NCBI GenBank assembly: GCA_040954595.2
Contig: CM082585.2
Location: 6,721,808 to 6,785,807, forward strand
Origin: Balanoglossus misakiensis
Lineage: Eukaryota; Animalia; Hemichordata
Length of the DNA stretch: 64,000 nucleotides
Direction of reading: 5' to 3'
Each line of letters opens with the position of its first letter. Within the stretch, counting starts at the first letter, position 1. The position numbers and the translations under genes were made by a program. Positions 39,201-54,200 of the stretch are shown here, piece by piece. The notes below the pieces were generated by a model, which saw nothing but the letters and a program-made list of their open reading frames with translations, was not told the origin of the DNA and ran no database searches.

Positions 39201-42200
39201 CGATTGTATTGTTGTCAATAACGTGTTTGGATTACTGTCATGCTTAAAACCCAGCATAACAGAATGTCCCTGCCCCTTTTTGACATGGTTATTCTGTTTT
39301 ACCATATTTTGACTCATCCTATTTCACCCATTTTACAGAAGCCTCAAAGTTGTTCAGTGTGTTTGGTTGAAGTACTGTCTTGCGCCAAAATAATGGGATA
39401 GTCAACATCATTCTATTTCATAATCTATAGTACAGGCGGCGTGAATCAAGCATTTTGCGTCTTTCTGGCGCAGCGTGTGTTTAAGGTACACACGTGTGAA
39501 TATAAACGCTGTAGTAAGAGTAACCATGGCAACAGTGAAAGTCGATTCCTGGAGTGTGTCGTGGACTAGCTAGGAAGGGATGGTCGCGGATAATTCAGAG
39601 TCCTGTGTAGACAGAGGGCACTGGGTTGGATAAGAAGGCAGATGAGAGAAACAACAACACATAAGGCGTTAGGAATGAGTGCAGAGTAGACGAGACAGCC
39701 TGCCAATACTAGTGACAGGCATTCAAGCTCCGAAAAAGCCACTGAACCCTCTTCATTAATTAACTCAAGGCTCGATAAAAATCTATTTTTAGCTTGAGTA
39801 TTAATCTCCATCCATACCCTTGCGGCACTTCAATATATATTATAATTAAAATGATCTACACGTTGCATATACAGTACCTTACGGAACCGTCTCGAACCGT
39901 ACGGCACTTAGCGATGTACCAACTAAACGCCATTTTGCATGCTGGCCACTTCACTATGAGTACAAGCTATATATCTCAAGATGCTTACAAAATTGTTGCG
40001 GCGAGCAAAAAGGAAGTAATTACGTGAAAAGTTACAAAAAGTGGCTTGTTATTGAAAAACTGAATACAAGAATAATATCCAAAACGATGAGAATCTTTGG
40101 AATTGTGTTACTATATAAACTGCGTTTCGTTTATGTTATATTTTGTAAAACATATAGCATTACAAATAAAATGTAGTAAGTACGTTGATAATCGCAATCT
40201 TTGTTTTTTCCCCATGTATACTGATCTGATGAAATGCAGAGGCAACTGAATATAATACATAACCACTTGCACATACTCTTAATATTTCGTTATCTCAGGA
40301 TATTTTTCAAGAGAAACTGAACACAGCAAGAGCAATACCAATAATTTTTATTGCTCTTTAATAAGAACAACCTGTTTTAAGGATTATGAAAAAGCTTGTG
40401 CTTATGAAATGTGTTATTTCATATCTGTCGTATGATTTTAGTAAACTATATAGGTCTCTTGCAAACAAGTCTCTCTGATCGGTCTTTGGCTAATATGTTA
40501 TATTGTTGATAGCTGGCCAGTATTAAGGATTCAGTAAAAAAAGTACAACACCAAATGAACCTCAGTAGACCTCATAACCGAGATATCAAATCAAATTGAT
40601 GGTGGTTTTGTCACACTCGCCATTGTCATTGATTGTAAGAAAAGCATTGGATAAAATCAATCACACAATTCTGTTATCCAAGGGATACGATTATTGGGTT
40701 TAGGGTGTCCACACTTAATTGGTTTAAGGCTAATCTAGAAGGCCAACAACAAAAATGTTCATGATTGCACTTCAATCGTGAGTACAATCTCCAGTGGAGT
40801 TCCACAGGGACCAATTTGATGTCCATTTCTTTTCCTGGTGTATATACAAGACATTCTGCAGATCTTTAGAACAATTTCAGTACAGATGAGGTATGTAAGA
40901 GTACTTCGAAGTGCATACTCGGTGTATACAAGTCCGAGTACAGCCACTACTCGGAGTGTACAAGTCCGAGTACTCGGACTTTGAAGTCCGACTCGGTCTT
41001 TGAACTCGGAGTATGCACTTCGAAGTACTCCTACATACCTGTACAGATGCATTATCTGCTGATGAGCAGACACAACTGACCCGGGCAATTTGAACATTGA
41101 GTGTTTTTCTCGGGGCTACTCATGATTCCTCAGTACTATATGCTGAAATTCTCACATTGACACACTTTGTAAGGAATTTAACCGAAATTTAGGTCTTATT
41201 TCATATATCTACGTCATTAACCTCCCCAAATCAACCGATAACCATTGCTCAATTGGCTTATTCTTCCCCCATATAATATATTGGAACGAGATATGGCGAG
41301 ATGCATACAAGACACACTGCACGTAGATCGTCTTTATGAATTGCAAAAGAGAATTGTAAGGTTGATAACCTTTTCTGGCCGCAGTTATTTCGGCAACTTG
41401 GAATTACCAGCGTTCAAAATCTTTGTAAACTTCGAAAATTGTAATTACAATATAACAAAAGCACGATCCTGTAGTCGGGGTGTGCACGTTCCACTGTTTG
41501 CAGGTACATGACGACGTAGCACTCATAAAATTGCAAATTAAACGAGTTTTGCTATCGACAATGTCTTGTTGTCAACATGATTGTATCCATTGAACGACGT
41601 GTTAGGCTTAGCGGGTCTCGAACATTGTTGTCAGTGAAAGTCAATTCTTGGTTCACGATCACACATGACTGCATGTACCAGTTTCATTTAATGTAATCGA
41701 TTAGCAAAATTGAGTTAATCCCAAGCTCAAAATTGAAAGTTTCCACCTATGCAGAACAAATATGGAAATTCATCAACTGGAATGAATAGAGCCTATGGAG
41801 GAGTTTTAAGTGACTGTCTCTAGCACAATGTCCCCACTGAAGCAAAAGTCTTCAAATAACCCAGCACAAAAATAGCCGATGGCATGCACTTGGTAATATG
41901 GAGGGGTACTCATTTTGGCTCAATTCAAGGTTTAATCAGAAGGTCAAATGCAATTGTTTACGTTTACCCGAATTTGTATAAGCATCACCGATTTACACTT
42001 TCTGTTTATTTATATCGTGTATAGTTGCCCACAGCAACAAAATTACACTCTGCTACTAAAGTAAAGGGACACTTAATCTGTCGTCATATTTAATTCAAGT
42101 CAATTTTATTGTATGATTTTAGTGCGTCATTTACATTAATATAATTTGGTGAAGACTGGCAGCAATATTTTGTGTGGGTTTATCACTATCCCTTTCCCAT

Positions 42201-45200
42201 AAACCATTATGTTTGGAAGATTAACTCTGAGTTCCTCTCTGGGAAGATATTAGAGGGCCTTTATATGAAATACAGAGAATTCTCCGCCTTCGGGTAGTTT
42301 TGCTCTTTTGATCATGTTGCCTGGCAACGACTTGTCCCTAGGGTCAAACCATGGACCCAATTTACCGCAGAAAATGGAATGGTTTTGGTTGCAACTTCGT
42401 GGGAAAAAACTCAATACTGTTAGTTCATTATAGCTGGTCGGTCATGTCTCAAAGATAATCATATCTCTTACAGCTGTTGTTAGTCTTAAAGGCACTGATG
42501 ACAATTGACAATAAAGCTTGTCCACATTACCATTTAATTAATTTCCACCTTTACAATTATTTCAACAGCAAACAAGCGATAATTCGAATTAGCTTCCTTC
42601 AATTAGTTTACACAAACATTGCTATTTGGAAAATTTATAAGAGCACTATATTAGTCACCCCATTGCCTTGGATGTGTTACTCCAACAAGGCAATGGGGTG
42701 ACTAATACCGTTACTCATGTCGTTTTTAAAACCTAAATTATATTTGAAGCAGACGAGTACTATTTAAATTGTTCAACAAGGCTTATATTGCCGCAGGTAG
42801 ACACATTGCTACATGTGTATACAGCAGAATTTGGCTATTCTTAAGAGAAACTGAAGCCACTAATCACATGCCAGTAGCATACACTGCCCGAAGTAAACAA
42901 GGGGGAGTTGTCGAAAACACATTTTGAGAACATGCTGTTTGAATCAGTTCGTGTACTTTTAAGTCGCATATACTTAACGGTTCCAATCATAGCATCCCTA
43001 CAGTAAGCACTGTGATATTACCATCCCTGGATCTATTTTAAAAGATTAAAAAGAGGTGCATTATCACGACGACTTTCCGAACAGAGCGCAATCTTCTTCA
43101 ACATCCCACCGGGGGATTTAACGACACCGTTCCTCGTCTCACGCGCAGACATTCAGTATTTAAAGATCTGCCGCATGTTTTTTGAAGTGTGGAGTGTCAC
43201 TAGTCTTCGTCCCTGAAGTAGAATTGCTCCGAGGTTTTCTGTGGAATTCTTGGAAAATGTATGAATTAATTAAAGGTTAACTATGTCGGGTTGAAGGGGT
43301 CAGGGTGTGTGAGTATATATGTGATCGTTTCTAACGTCCAAGTAGTACAAAACGTGTGTCAAGAAGAAGATTGTCGCCGCAGAGGTTTTTCTTGAATCAT
43401 GAGTAAGCAAAATCTGTTAAGCATTGGAATCTCAAACTAGGTAGAGTAGATAATATTGCCCCTTTGGTGCATATTCCGAGGTGAAAACACTTTAAACCAC
43501 ATGAAACCACAATATAATAATTTATAATGAATGATGTAATTATCATAATATGGATAATAATATGTTTCTGTACAATGTTTCTCCGTAGGGGTATTTGGTG
43601 ACAAAGAATAATTGTGGGTTTAGTTCGCTAATACACATTCAAAAGGCCTTGGAATTTGCGAATATTATGTTTTGCCATTATAACGCGCGTGCTTTAACGG
43701 TCCTTCTCCGTACCGGTATAGAAGCCAATTTTTGAGTAGCTGTATAAAATGACTGTATTAATTTTACTTCGTGGATGTTACATCGTCATGTTTAGATAGC
43801 AACTAAACTGGATCCGTCTACTAGCTGGTTGTTCTAATGGATCATGAACGTGTTGATTGATAGGAACACCAAAAGGAAATCATGGAAGTTGTCGTTACCA
43901 TGACCGACTGCCGTGTGTTCAATCAACAAATGTTTTCAAACAAAATAATCGCCACGACCCACCATGGTATATTCATTCATACATATGAATGCTATCGCCC
44001 CACCGCCTGTTTTGTCCTTAACAAAACAGATCTACCGGTATACCTTAGAACAAATTTCGATGGCTTGTTTCCTTCTGTACATTAATCGCAAGAGATTGTC
44101 AGGATAAAGTATTGTGTAGGATATTATATGCACCCTGGAATGAGGCGGAATTGGAAATCATGCCATCCGTTTACATATTTACATGTATCTATATATTGTA
44201 TTATTTTTACTAAACTTGGGGTGAAAGGTGCGAAATGCCATGTTTTGATTACCATGTGCATGTCGGAAAGCTTTCTAAATGATACTAGTAGAGTTTATTT
44301 TGGGAAAAACAAGATTTTCTCGAGCTGCAGCCTCATTCAGAGTTATATCAAACATAATGCTTATATCAAACATAATGGAAAAAAGGCAGCGAGAGAGAGA
44401 CTTAATTTGTCCCTTTTATATGCTCATTATTTCTCTCTCTGATGACAGAAAATAAATCACGATATTCAATTTGTGAAACACAGGCTATTCGATCTTAAGT
44501 GTCTTTCATTAGTCGTGCTTTAAAAATATAATAAAATCATGATATGAATCCTTCTCGAAATCAGAGATCCAATTTTGTTATTATCACTCTCAGAGAATAT
44601 TAATCCAGAAAGATTTGTTCTATCTTCCCAGAAAACATAATCCTACATCCAGATGCGCATATTATATAGACTGATTCTAGGAACGTATTATAGTAATCAG
44701 TTAAGCTTATCCAAGTATGCCACAACGTCTCAAGGCTGGGACATTTTGAAAGAAGTTAATAATGATATCTGTCAGATGGAAGTATTAGGCATATTCTTTC
44801 GGTAACATAAACCTACTGTGTAGCATCAATCATTTAAAAATACATTATGAGCTAGGCAGATGAAAATCTTGCTATCAGTTTCATTCGCTGGCAACGCAAC
44901 GAAGATGTATTATTTGCTACTTTTTGTCATTTTCGGGCCAATATTGAGTTTACTAGTAAGCGACAGATTCAGTGCCCAGGGAACGCATTATAGTTGTGTT
45001 TCTTAATTGTATTGTATACATTACGTGGTTAGACTACACCAAGCGACTGTATTAAGAACGGCAATAAGAAGAAACTCATTCGAGAACTTAATAAAATTAT
45101 GAAAATAGTTCAGAGCCTTCAGCTTTGCCTTATGTGAATGTAATACAAGGAAAACATCCCATATTCATGTATTATAGCGGTTATTATTGAAACCACATTT

Positions 45201-48200
45201 AGCGATAACTATCTCAGTTGCACTTGTTTTTTTTCATCAAATGAATACTGTATAAAGATTTACTTAATTCCTGTCATTGTTTCTGTTCGAGAGTGTTATT
45301 GCATTGTGTGTACGTTTCTTTGTTTTTTGATATCGAAATGAGGTTGAAGGGGTTGGGATCATGCATGTAATTTGCCATGGATTTTACTTCAATGGGATAG
45401 CTGTAAGCAGGTATGGTTGGGTTCGTCACATGATGCAAAAAGTATGCAGCAGTGAACTCCTACATTAAAGGTATACAGTCACCTCCAATTTACATACGTC
45501 CATATATGGCTGAAATGGCGTATTTGGGCATTCGAAAGAACATATGGTGGCGCTCTTTTTTTCGCGTGTGCCACCCACTGAAAATCTGTGATTGGCTAGA
45601 TCTCATTTTGCCATGGTAACTATAGCTAATTTTCAATGGGTGACCGTATACCTTTAAGCTGGTGTGACCAGGATTACCGGGGTATATCCGTGAACAGTTG
45701 TAGAAAGCATACCTTCCAGCAGTGTGTTGGTCGTTACCTTGTATGATGTCTAAAAATGCGTGGATAGCATGTCGTTTAGTGTCTCTTGACAGACATGTGA
45801 AGAGAAACTGAAAATGGGAATCGTGAGACTCCCGTAAGCATGCCACCAAAACGTGCAGTTCACATCAGTGGCCATAGCGATTGTGTTATTCACACCATGC
45901 ATTGATCAATACAAACTGCGCTGCCTGTTCGTGCTAAATCATCACGAGGGTCCAAAACATGAAAAAAAAGTTTTATCTTCATAAGGCTTATCTCTCACTG
46001 ACAATAATCTTAAGCATAAGACGTCGAGGAACATTATAGAGCGGATATCAAAAGTGGGGACAGCTGTGAAAAAAAGTAACATGCATCAACTTTTCATAAC
46101 TGCATGTTGCTATTACCAACTACACGTACTGAGTGTAAATATAGCATGGGCACATAAAAGAATACAAGAAATCCGTGATACAGTAAATGTCTGAGAGCAA
46201 CAGTGACTTGGGCTGTATAGGGGTAGCTGACCCCTAACAATCCGCATGCCACTTACAAAAAGACAGTTTCAGGAATGTTAAAGTTTTCTGTCAATTACCG
46301 AAGTTATTAGCCCTAAAACATGTACATTCCGAAAGCCCAAATGTGAGGAAATCCTATCGCAGAAGGTACAGGAAGCATCATTTGGACAATGGTCACGTGA
46401 CATGTGTTTTTGCTGACCAAACATTTCAACAGTAACCATTGACTCTCTGCTTATTTTCGCCTTTGAAGAAGATATGGGCGAAAGTTAATTATGCAGTGTA
46501 GTGGGGAGTAGTACTCAGTGTCAATGTTGCGCCATTCTCCACACAGACACTATAGGCGTGGATAATTTTAACCTAGATAAGGAATATGACTGATACTTCA
46601 TGTATACTTACTATATCAACGGACAATGGTCAGACTCCTTAGCTAGGTTGAAACTGTCCACGTTAGTCTCTGTGTGGAGTGTTGCACGTCTTATTTGACA
46701 CTTACTGCATTTGGGGCGGATGTGAATAAAACATGAAATTTATGTACAGGACGTTAATGCTTAATAGAATCGTAAATAGAGGAAAAAGTAACATTCTGAT
46801 AACAAAATAACATATATGTAATAGCCGTTGATGTTACATTTAACTGTTTTGCCTTGCTGAAATATCAAGCATAGGGTTGGTTGAAGAGCTCACAAACCGG
46901 TCTGTAGACTCATCACATTCAAAACAACATGTTCCCAGCATGCAACACAAACGCTATATTTTTTGAAGAAAGAAACATCAAGTCTGGTAAACCGAAGTCT
47001 GCATCATGTTGCCGGCGGCAACATTCACGAAAATGTAGTCATGCGTTAACTAAAACTATACGTTTTAACACTCCGTGAACGATTTTCCTGTTGTGTAGTT
47101 GTCCTGTAGTTAAAAAAAACTATAATGTGCGATTGTTGAAATCATTCGAGTGTACTAAAAAGTGTCTGTGTCGTGGTTGCTATGCAACGACCACCATAAC
47201 TCGCCGCATTTTAAACACAGGCTGAGTTAAATGTCATGAGACGTACATTGTATAGTAAGCAAATACTCCGATGTACATATGTTACTAAATGCTGATGTTT
47301 GAATTTCTCAGTGGAGATTTGAATTATTTCAGGAATGTCCAGTTTTGAATTAAACTACTTTTCGTTTAAAAAAAAATGGACAGGCCAACTTTAATATCAT
47401 TACTGGAAAATACAGTACCCATAACACAATCAGACAATATATAACAACTTGTAATGTAAGTGACAAGGACGCATATGTTGGCAAAATAGCGTAGTAATTG
47501 CATTATACCTAGATAATAAAAGAAATGTCCCATATCATATGTCACCAGCTCATTACCAATGATAACAACATCAAGTGTTTATCCCTTTCGCCGCATAAAA
47601 TGTCATCGCACAACTGTGTATTGTGGGTTTGCCCAAATAAAACTGAATTTTCTTCTGGTTGGATGCGCTTAGCGAGCAACCAGCAATGATCTCCTGTTAT
47701 CTTCTTCCACTGCATCACTGACTGAATTTGTCAGGTCGTGCCGCCAGAGCAAATTCTGCATTAAACTACAACATATACAGTAGTTTATTGGTGAATTTTG
47801 AATTCAGCGTAAACTTGTTGTTTTTGTTTGTATTTCACCATGCTTTCATAAGATAACGCAAAATAAATTCTTCTCTTCAAAGCAATATTAATTGTATACA
47901 TAAACCAATAAATTGCGTATTTTGGGCTGTTGACAACGTCGATGAATTGGTTGAAGATTTGAAAGAGCTACAGCCATGACTTATCGTGGCCAAACTGCGT
48001 CTCGAATTCGACTAGTATGGACGGATATGTTTTTTCCGCCAAAGGAGAACAAACCACATTAAGCTTATATTTCCTCGGTTTACCGAATTATTCTCAGCAA
48101 CCGTTGCCGTAGAAACTAGGTATCTCCTAAAATCGGATCAACTAATGAAATGAAAGTCGTCTTGACAACGTGAGATATGAAGTACATGTATATGAAATGA

Positions 48201-51200
48201 TCTGGGTCAGCCTAATTGACAGCATTAGGAAAATATGGTGCATTGTGCAATGGGCAATGGGATTAGTGTGTGGTTATTGGTGAAGCAATGTATCCTGTAT
48301 CTTTTGTAGTAAATCTGACAACGATTGTGTAATCTAGTGGTTTTATGATGTCAATTGTTGATTATTAATCACGGAAATACTATCAATGTACAGTTCTAGT
48401 ATCTGTAATCTGTGGTAATTTTTTCGGCATTTTATTATGTGTGTCTACAACTTCTTGTTTGGACACTTGAAACAGGGTTAAATGCGTGTTTTTTTTTATC
48501 TTGTCAATATAGCTCACACGCGCTCATTCGACAGTGTTATTGTTTAACATTGTGTGGAAGTCCACATTTGAAAGCTTTTGTAAACAATTACAATGATTCG
48601 TACGCATACACGTTACTTGTTGACAAAATCCGAAAACGAGGCATGTTTGCATGATGGTGGGAGGCGAACAAGAACACGGCTGTCGAAAGAAATGAAAAAA
48701 TAACCAGATGCATGCAAATACAGTTTTAATCCGTTATGTCAATCAATAAAATATGACAAGGAATTTTGACATTGTTTGTCCAAATGCATTGCAAATACAG
48801 CTGAATAATCCACCCAATACATAAAATCTGTCAGTCTGTTATTATGAAAGTTGGCGATGACCAGTATATTGGTACCTTGTTACCCTAACTACACGTCACA
48901 TATGTATTCATGTTACTTTGAAATGTTAACAAATTACAAAGGTAACGTGGAGCATTATTTGACAGACATTTGTATACTGGCTGTTGATATACTGAGTTCG
49001 TGAAGTCGTATATACAAGTGAGAATGTTGAGTTATAGTGATGGGTATCGAGTTTTGCAAAAGACGTGTAGTACGGTATATTGATCTTACATACCCCAAGA
49101 GCCGTTAAGCAATGACATGATCAATTAGAACTAATAGGCATGACATTTAAAGATTTTTACATATAGGTTCCATGAATACCGTGCCAACTTATGTCAACGA
49201 TTGCTTACCAGAATGTATAGTCACAATATATTGTTGCATATCTTCACGTTACCATGACAAGTAACATTCACCCCAAAGGGCACATTGAAGTAACATTTCC
49301 TTGATGTGAAGAAGAGACGTTTAACACAAAATCAGCCCAACCTCTTTATAGTCAAGATTTTCAAAGACTAAAAGTGATCAATTGTGAGCTAAAATGTCTA
49401 CATTTTATCAGGCAACTAACACAGGCGATGAAATCCCCTTTTCGGTAACCATGGTTAAAAGGTCGGTCATGTCGATGCAAAATTGATTCGACCATCAAAA
49501 CAGCTGCCTGTCCTGTGTGCAAACTCTTGCAATGAACGATATCTTTTGCCGGCTCCTTCGTATTCGATCAGCGAAATCAATGCACCGCTTGCAGAGACTG
49601 TGAGTGTCAATACTAGATATCTGAAATGTCAGACAGTATTCAGATGCCCGGAAGATATTTCAGAGTAAATCCTACTGCGTCATTCCGCTCAAAACAACTG
49701 TCTTACAAGACAATGTATCTTCCGTTGTCTGCTGCTTCGCTTGAAATTTCGTACACAGGTACCAGGAAAGACATTTTTTTCAAATTATAACACATCACAA
49801 TTATATATTGTTGTCTAGTGCAGTGTAGTCCATGTTTGAATTATAATCTTGGGCCAGCAGTCCCCTCTATTCTTTGTATGGATTACATGTATACTTATAA
49901 ATGCTAATCAGTGTTTGAACATATACACGATTATGTGTGGGGATGTGTCTGTTACTTTCTATAATTGGGCAAAGAAAGAGGGTTATGGAAAGACGGGGAA
50001 TCTGGGAGGTACGTAGGGAAACGAATACACGTTTTCACATTTTCTTGTTGCTGGTTAAGTCGGAATATCTCGGCATTTAGAGTCTGGAACATTTGATCAC
50101 GATTGTGTTTTTACTCAACTCAATTATTGATAAAGCCTTTCAGTTCTATTGCCAGACTAATGCATTGTGCGACAGATGAAGGAGTTCGGTCGATTGATCC
50201 TTATAGCACCATTGTGTTTTAATGTATAATCGACCAAACTCGTTATCTCCTTCATAGTACAAATCACTACAGCATTATTTTGTATCGTCGGTTTCAATGC
50301 GTCCATGGCAATCGTATTCCACCAGAATCCAGTCAAGGTGTTGCCGTGGGTATTGCGATGATGATGTTCTTTGGAGCGGCCTAGATTTTGGACGTTGGTG
50401 CCAAATTGAAACGGGTTTCATGGTGGCGCGAAAATCGAAAATCCTCCCAGCAACAACATGGACCCTCATTTGAGCATAATATGACACCAATATCTACATA
50501 CTGTAAACCTGGACATTTTTTGCGCATTCTTATTTTCGCGCAATTACGTATATAATCCATTAGTGTCCATTGTTCTATCGTATTATTTTCAGAAGATTTG
50601 TTTCAGAGAGTGACCGATGCCTGATGTGACTCGAGTCACTATGTTTAACCATGCTGTCTGTCACATTGATTTCAGTGTTCATAAATGCCATTGCCGTGGC
50701 AACATCGCAATGTTGCGTCGTACTAAGAGAGATGACATTGTGAACACTATGAGCAAAACAGGATATGCATATATAGGAGACTTTAACAAAAGAATAGCCA
50801 CAACGCATTAATTGTTGGTCGGCATTCATACATTAAATTGCAACGAACAAAGATCGCAATTGACGTCACGACCTACTGGATGACCCCGCGTTCTCTAATA
50901 TCGCGTCTTCGTCGCAGAAATGAAAGTTAGAGCACTTCGGTGATAGATGACACTAAATGACACTTGCTGCTTGAAAAAAACGCATGTATTGATTTCTCAG
51001 TCATGTCTTTGGAGAGAAAATTCCCATTTGCCTTTTTCAATAGCGATAGAATTCTTGCTTGTCAATGAGCTTTCCATGAGCTAGACAGGTGTTCATTTGT
51101 TCGCTTGTGCGACTCCCTGAAAGAAAATTGATCTGTAACTTCAGATAACATGAAACTGCATCTCTGGATATTCCTTTACACGCCGTATGCAATATATTTC

Positions 51201-54200
51201 ATTAAACCTAAATTATTCAGCGTCTGACTGTATAGGTAAATACTTACATTGGAATATATTTTAAATTAACCGATTTGAACATAATGTTTTATTCCGCCTG
51301 ATAATGTGTATAGGTTGCTTTCGGTTGACAAGCTGAAAGGAAGTGGGCATGTACATTTATTCTGACAGGATGTATGTGATACAATAAAGGAAAATATACC
51401 GGTAAATACTATAACCATTCAGATATCGATGGCTATTTATTCGTTTCTTGGTTTTATTCTGTAGAGAATTCCACGCACTGCACTAAAACAGGATGTTGGA
51501 ATTACCGCTATTAGTGGCAGTAGGAATAAACGAGTTTCCGCGAATTGCCTGATCTAGTGAGACTGTAAATTACCGTAGCAACGGTTTCGTAGCCAAGTAT
51601 AGTACACGCCGAGGTTGTATGAATCGGTGCAAAGTTTAACAAAATATCTTTTGAGCTGTTGTACAGGAAGTGTTTTTTTACCTGTCTCACGTGTTGTTTG
51701 TCCTGATTTACATGAATATCCTACCATAAACTGCCTTGCAATTCAAGGGTGAATTGGCAGGGTCGTGTGGAGTTCTCAAATGGTATATTAAAGAACGGTT
51801 GCTAAGGGGAACAACGTCATGGCCGTGCCTCAGGTCTCTGACCACGATACAGCCTTATTCATCTACTCGAGCAACTGAACTGACCGTCAACTCCTTTTAT
51901 AGAAAACCACCAACCTCGAGGAGTGTGTAGATTATCCAGAAAATCGGAGGGGTGCATCTTTGCTGAAAAATCTCAGCTTTATCTATTTCTGTAGGGCTAC
52001 TGTACTCAAAACGACCTAGCTAGTCCAGCCGTGCAGACTGGACGATTTAGGGTGGTTATCTGTCGAACAACGACTGTAGCCGCGGCCTGCACCTATACGA
52101 ACAATATTCGATAAAGTTGGGTTTCAGAGAACATATCGATTTTATGTTCCCTTTGTTTGCAATCTTTACTCGTTATCGATTCACATGATTTGCATATTAT
52201 TTTACGTATCATCTGCTCCATTTCATTGATTGTCCAATTTTCAGGACGAACTCCTTGCAGGCAGAATTCGTTTTTTTAGGTTAGGTTTTAGAAAATAGCT
52301 CTTTTTGGAATGAAATTCTTGGGAATGGAGATCGCTGTGGCTTCAAGTTTGGTCTTTAGGCGATAGTGAATTTAAGGTCAATGAGCAATGTCAATGCCGT
52401 GCGAAAAAGGACGTGGTTGATGAAATGAAGATATCTCTTTTAGAGTTTTCAAAACAAGAGTGTGTGACCGCACAAAGGAAAGGTGTCTACTTGTGATAAT
52501 GGAAAGACCTTTCTCTGAAACTCGCGAAGGGTGTTCACGTAGAATTGCGTGCTCACTCTCATGTTTGTGAATATAAACACCATAATGGAGAATACGGTGA
52601 CATCAGAAGCCCGGTTGGAAATTAATGAACTCCACGTTGAATGACACCGTAAAACCAATCGGGGGCCGGGCATGTATTGTTGCTAACACACCCGGTGTTT
52701 CTGTATGGAAGAGGCAGGCAAAAGATTATCATATGGTTATCGTATGATTGCGAAGTTTTTTTTCTCCCAATGTTTGCACTTGTGCCTGGAGAGAAATTTC
52801 TAGTATAGGCCGGGTGTAAAAAAGATGACCAATACTAGAAAATGTAATGGGGAACATTGGATGCACATGCTATGCTCAATGATTTTTCATGCACTGAGCA
52901 CAAACTCAATGACCCTGTTTCTGTGTCATAATACTGTCACGCAATGATGCATCACTATGCACTGATATGTGCCAAATTGTCACACATCATTTGAAAAGTA
53001 TGGTGGACATTTATATACAGATCAACAACATACATTTTTCGCCTTACTTCTATGGTTATCTGCATCTGTCATGTCATAGATCCACATACACGTGCATTAG
53101 TGTGTAACGCCATGGTTCTGCCTGTCTACTTGTCAACTTGTCACTCACTGCTACTTTCCCGAAAGTCTAAAAGTCATTTCTGACGAGATGATCAAAATTT
53201 GATACTGAAGTGCGTCTGTAGAGGGTCATCTGCTGCCTGACGATAATCAGATTGGACATAAAGCCTCTGAGACGAGAAGTGAATTTGACGACAAGCAGAT
53301 AACGGGCGTTCTCACACTAAGCGCATCAGTTGCACACTCGTTCCAAGGGAAGTGTTAATAACCGCGAATCAATTTGTTAGGGCCTAGGAATTTCACACGC
53401 AAACATCCTAAAGTAATTTCTTTTTGATAACCAAGTAAATACGAAGATAGATGAGATCAACTTCGGTGGACTAACTGAAAATTACACAAAAATGTTAATA
53501 CACGATCAAAGAATCCTGCGATTTAACGTTTTTTTTTTATTATAAGCACATCGGACAATTTGATCGATTTTTATAGAATTTTGTGTGAAAGATTTAATTT
53601 TGAATTCCTTAGTTTTCAGTACATTCACACGATACCCTCATTTTTGAAGATTAAAGTATAATCTTGGCATGCACAGAAAACTGCTGAAAGATATAAAGAC
53701 CCACGCATTTACTGCCCATGGGCTTTAGACTGATACCATGTGCAAACGCAAAAGTATTCTGTGCTAAATTTTCCGTTCATTTTCATTCGCAGGTGTTATA
53801 TTGTGCGTTGCATCAAGGTCTGTGAACAGCTCGGATCAAGAGAAAATTATGGCCGTCGCCAGTGAGTTAGGAATGACCCGGGGTGACTATGCATTTCTGG
53901 CAGTGGACACCTTATCAAGCGTTTGGCTTGAAGGCGGGAAATGGTTTGATCGCGCCGATGATCCTGCCGATCTCCGCGAAGCCTACCGGGCATTGTTTAT
54001 TATGACAGTCCAACCATCACTCATACTTTCCTATGATACACTCTTACAGAACTACTACGATAAGATGGCAAACATGACTTTAGGAGATGAAATCCGTCAT
54101 GAAGAGGTATTGATATCCTTCTGTCTGAATAATCGTGACGTATTATGTAGCAAAATAATGGTTTGATGACCAGCTTTTGGATATATAGATACAGACTTTT

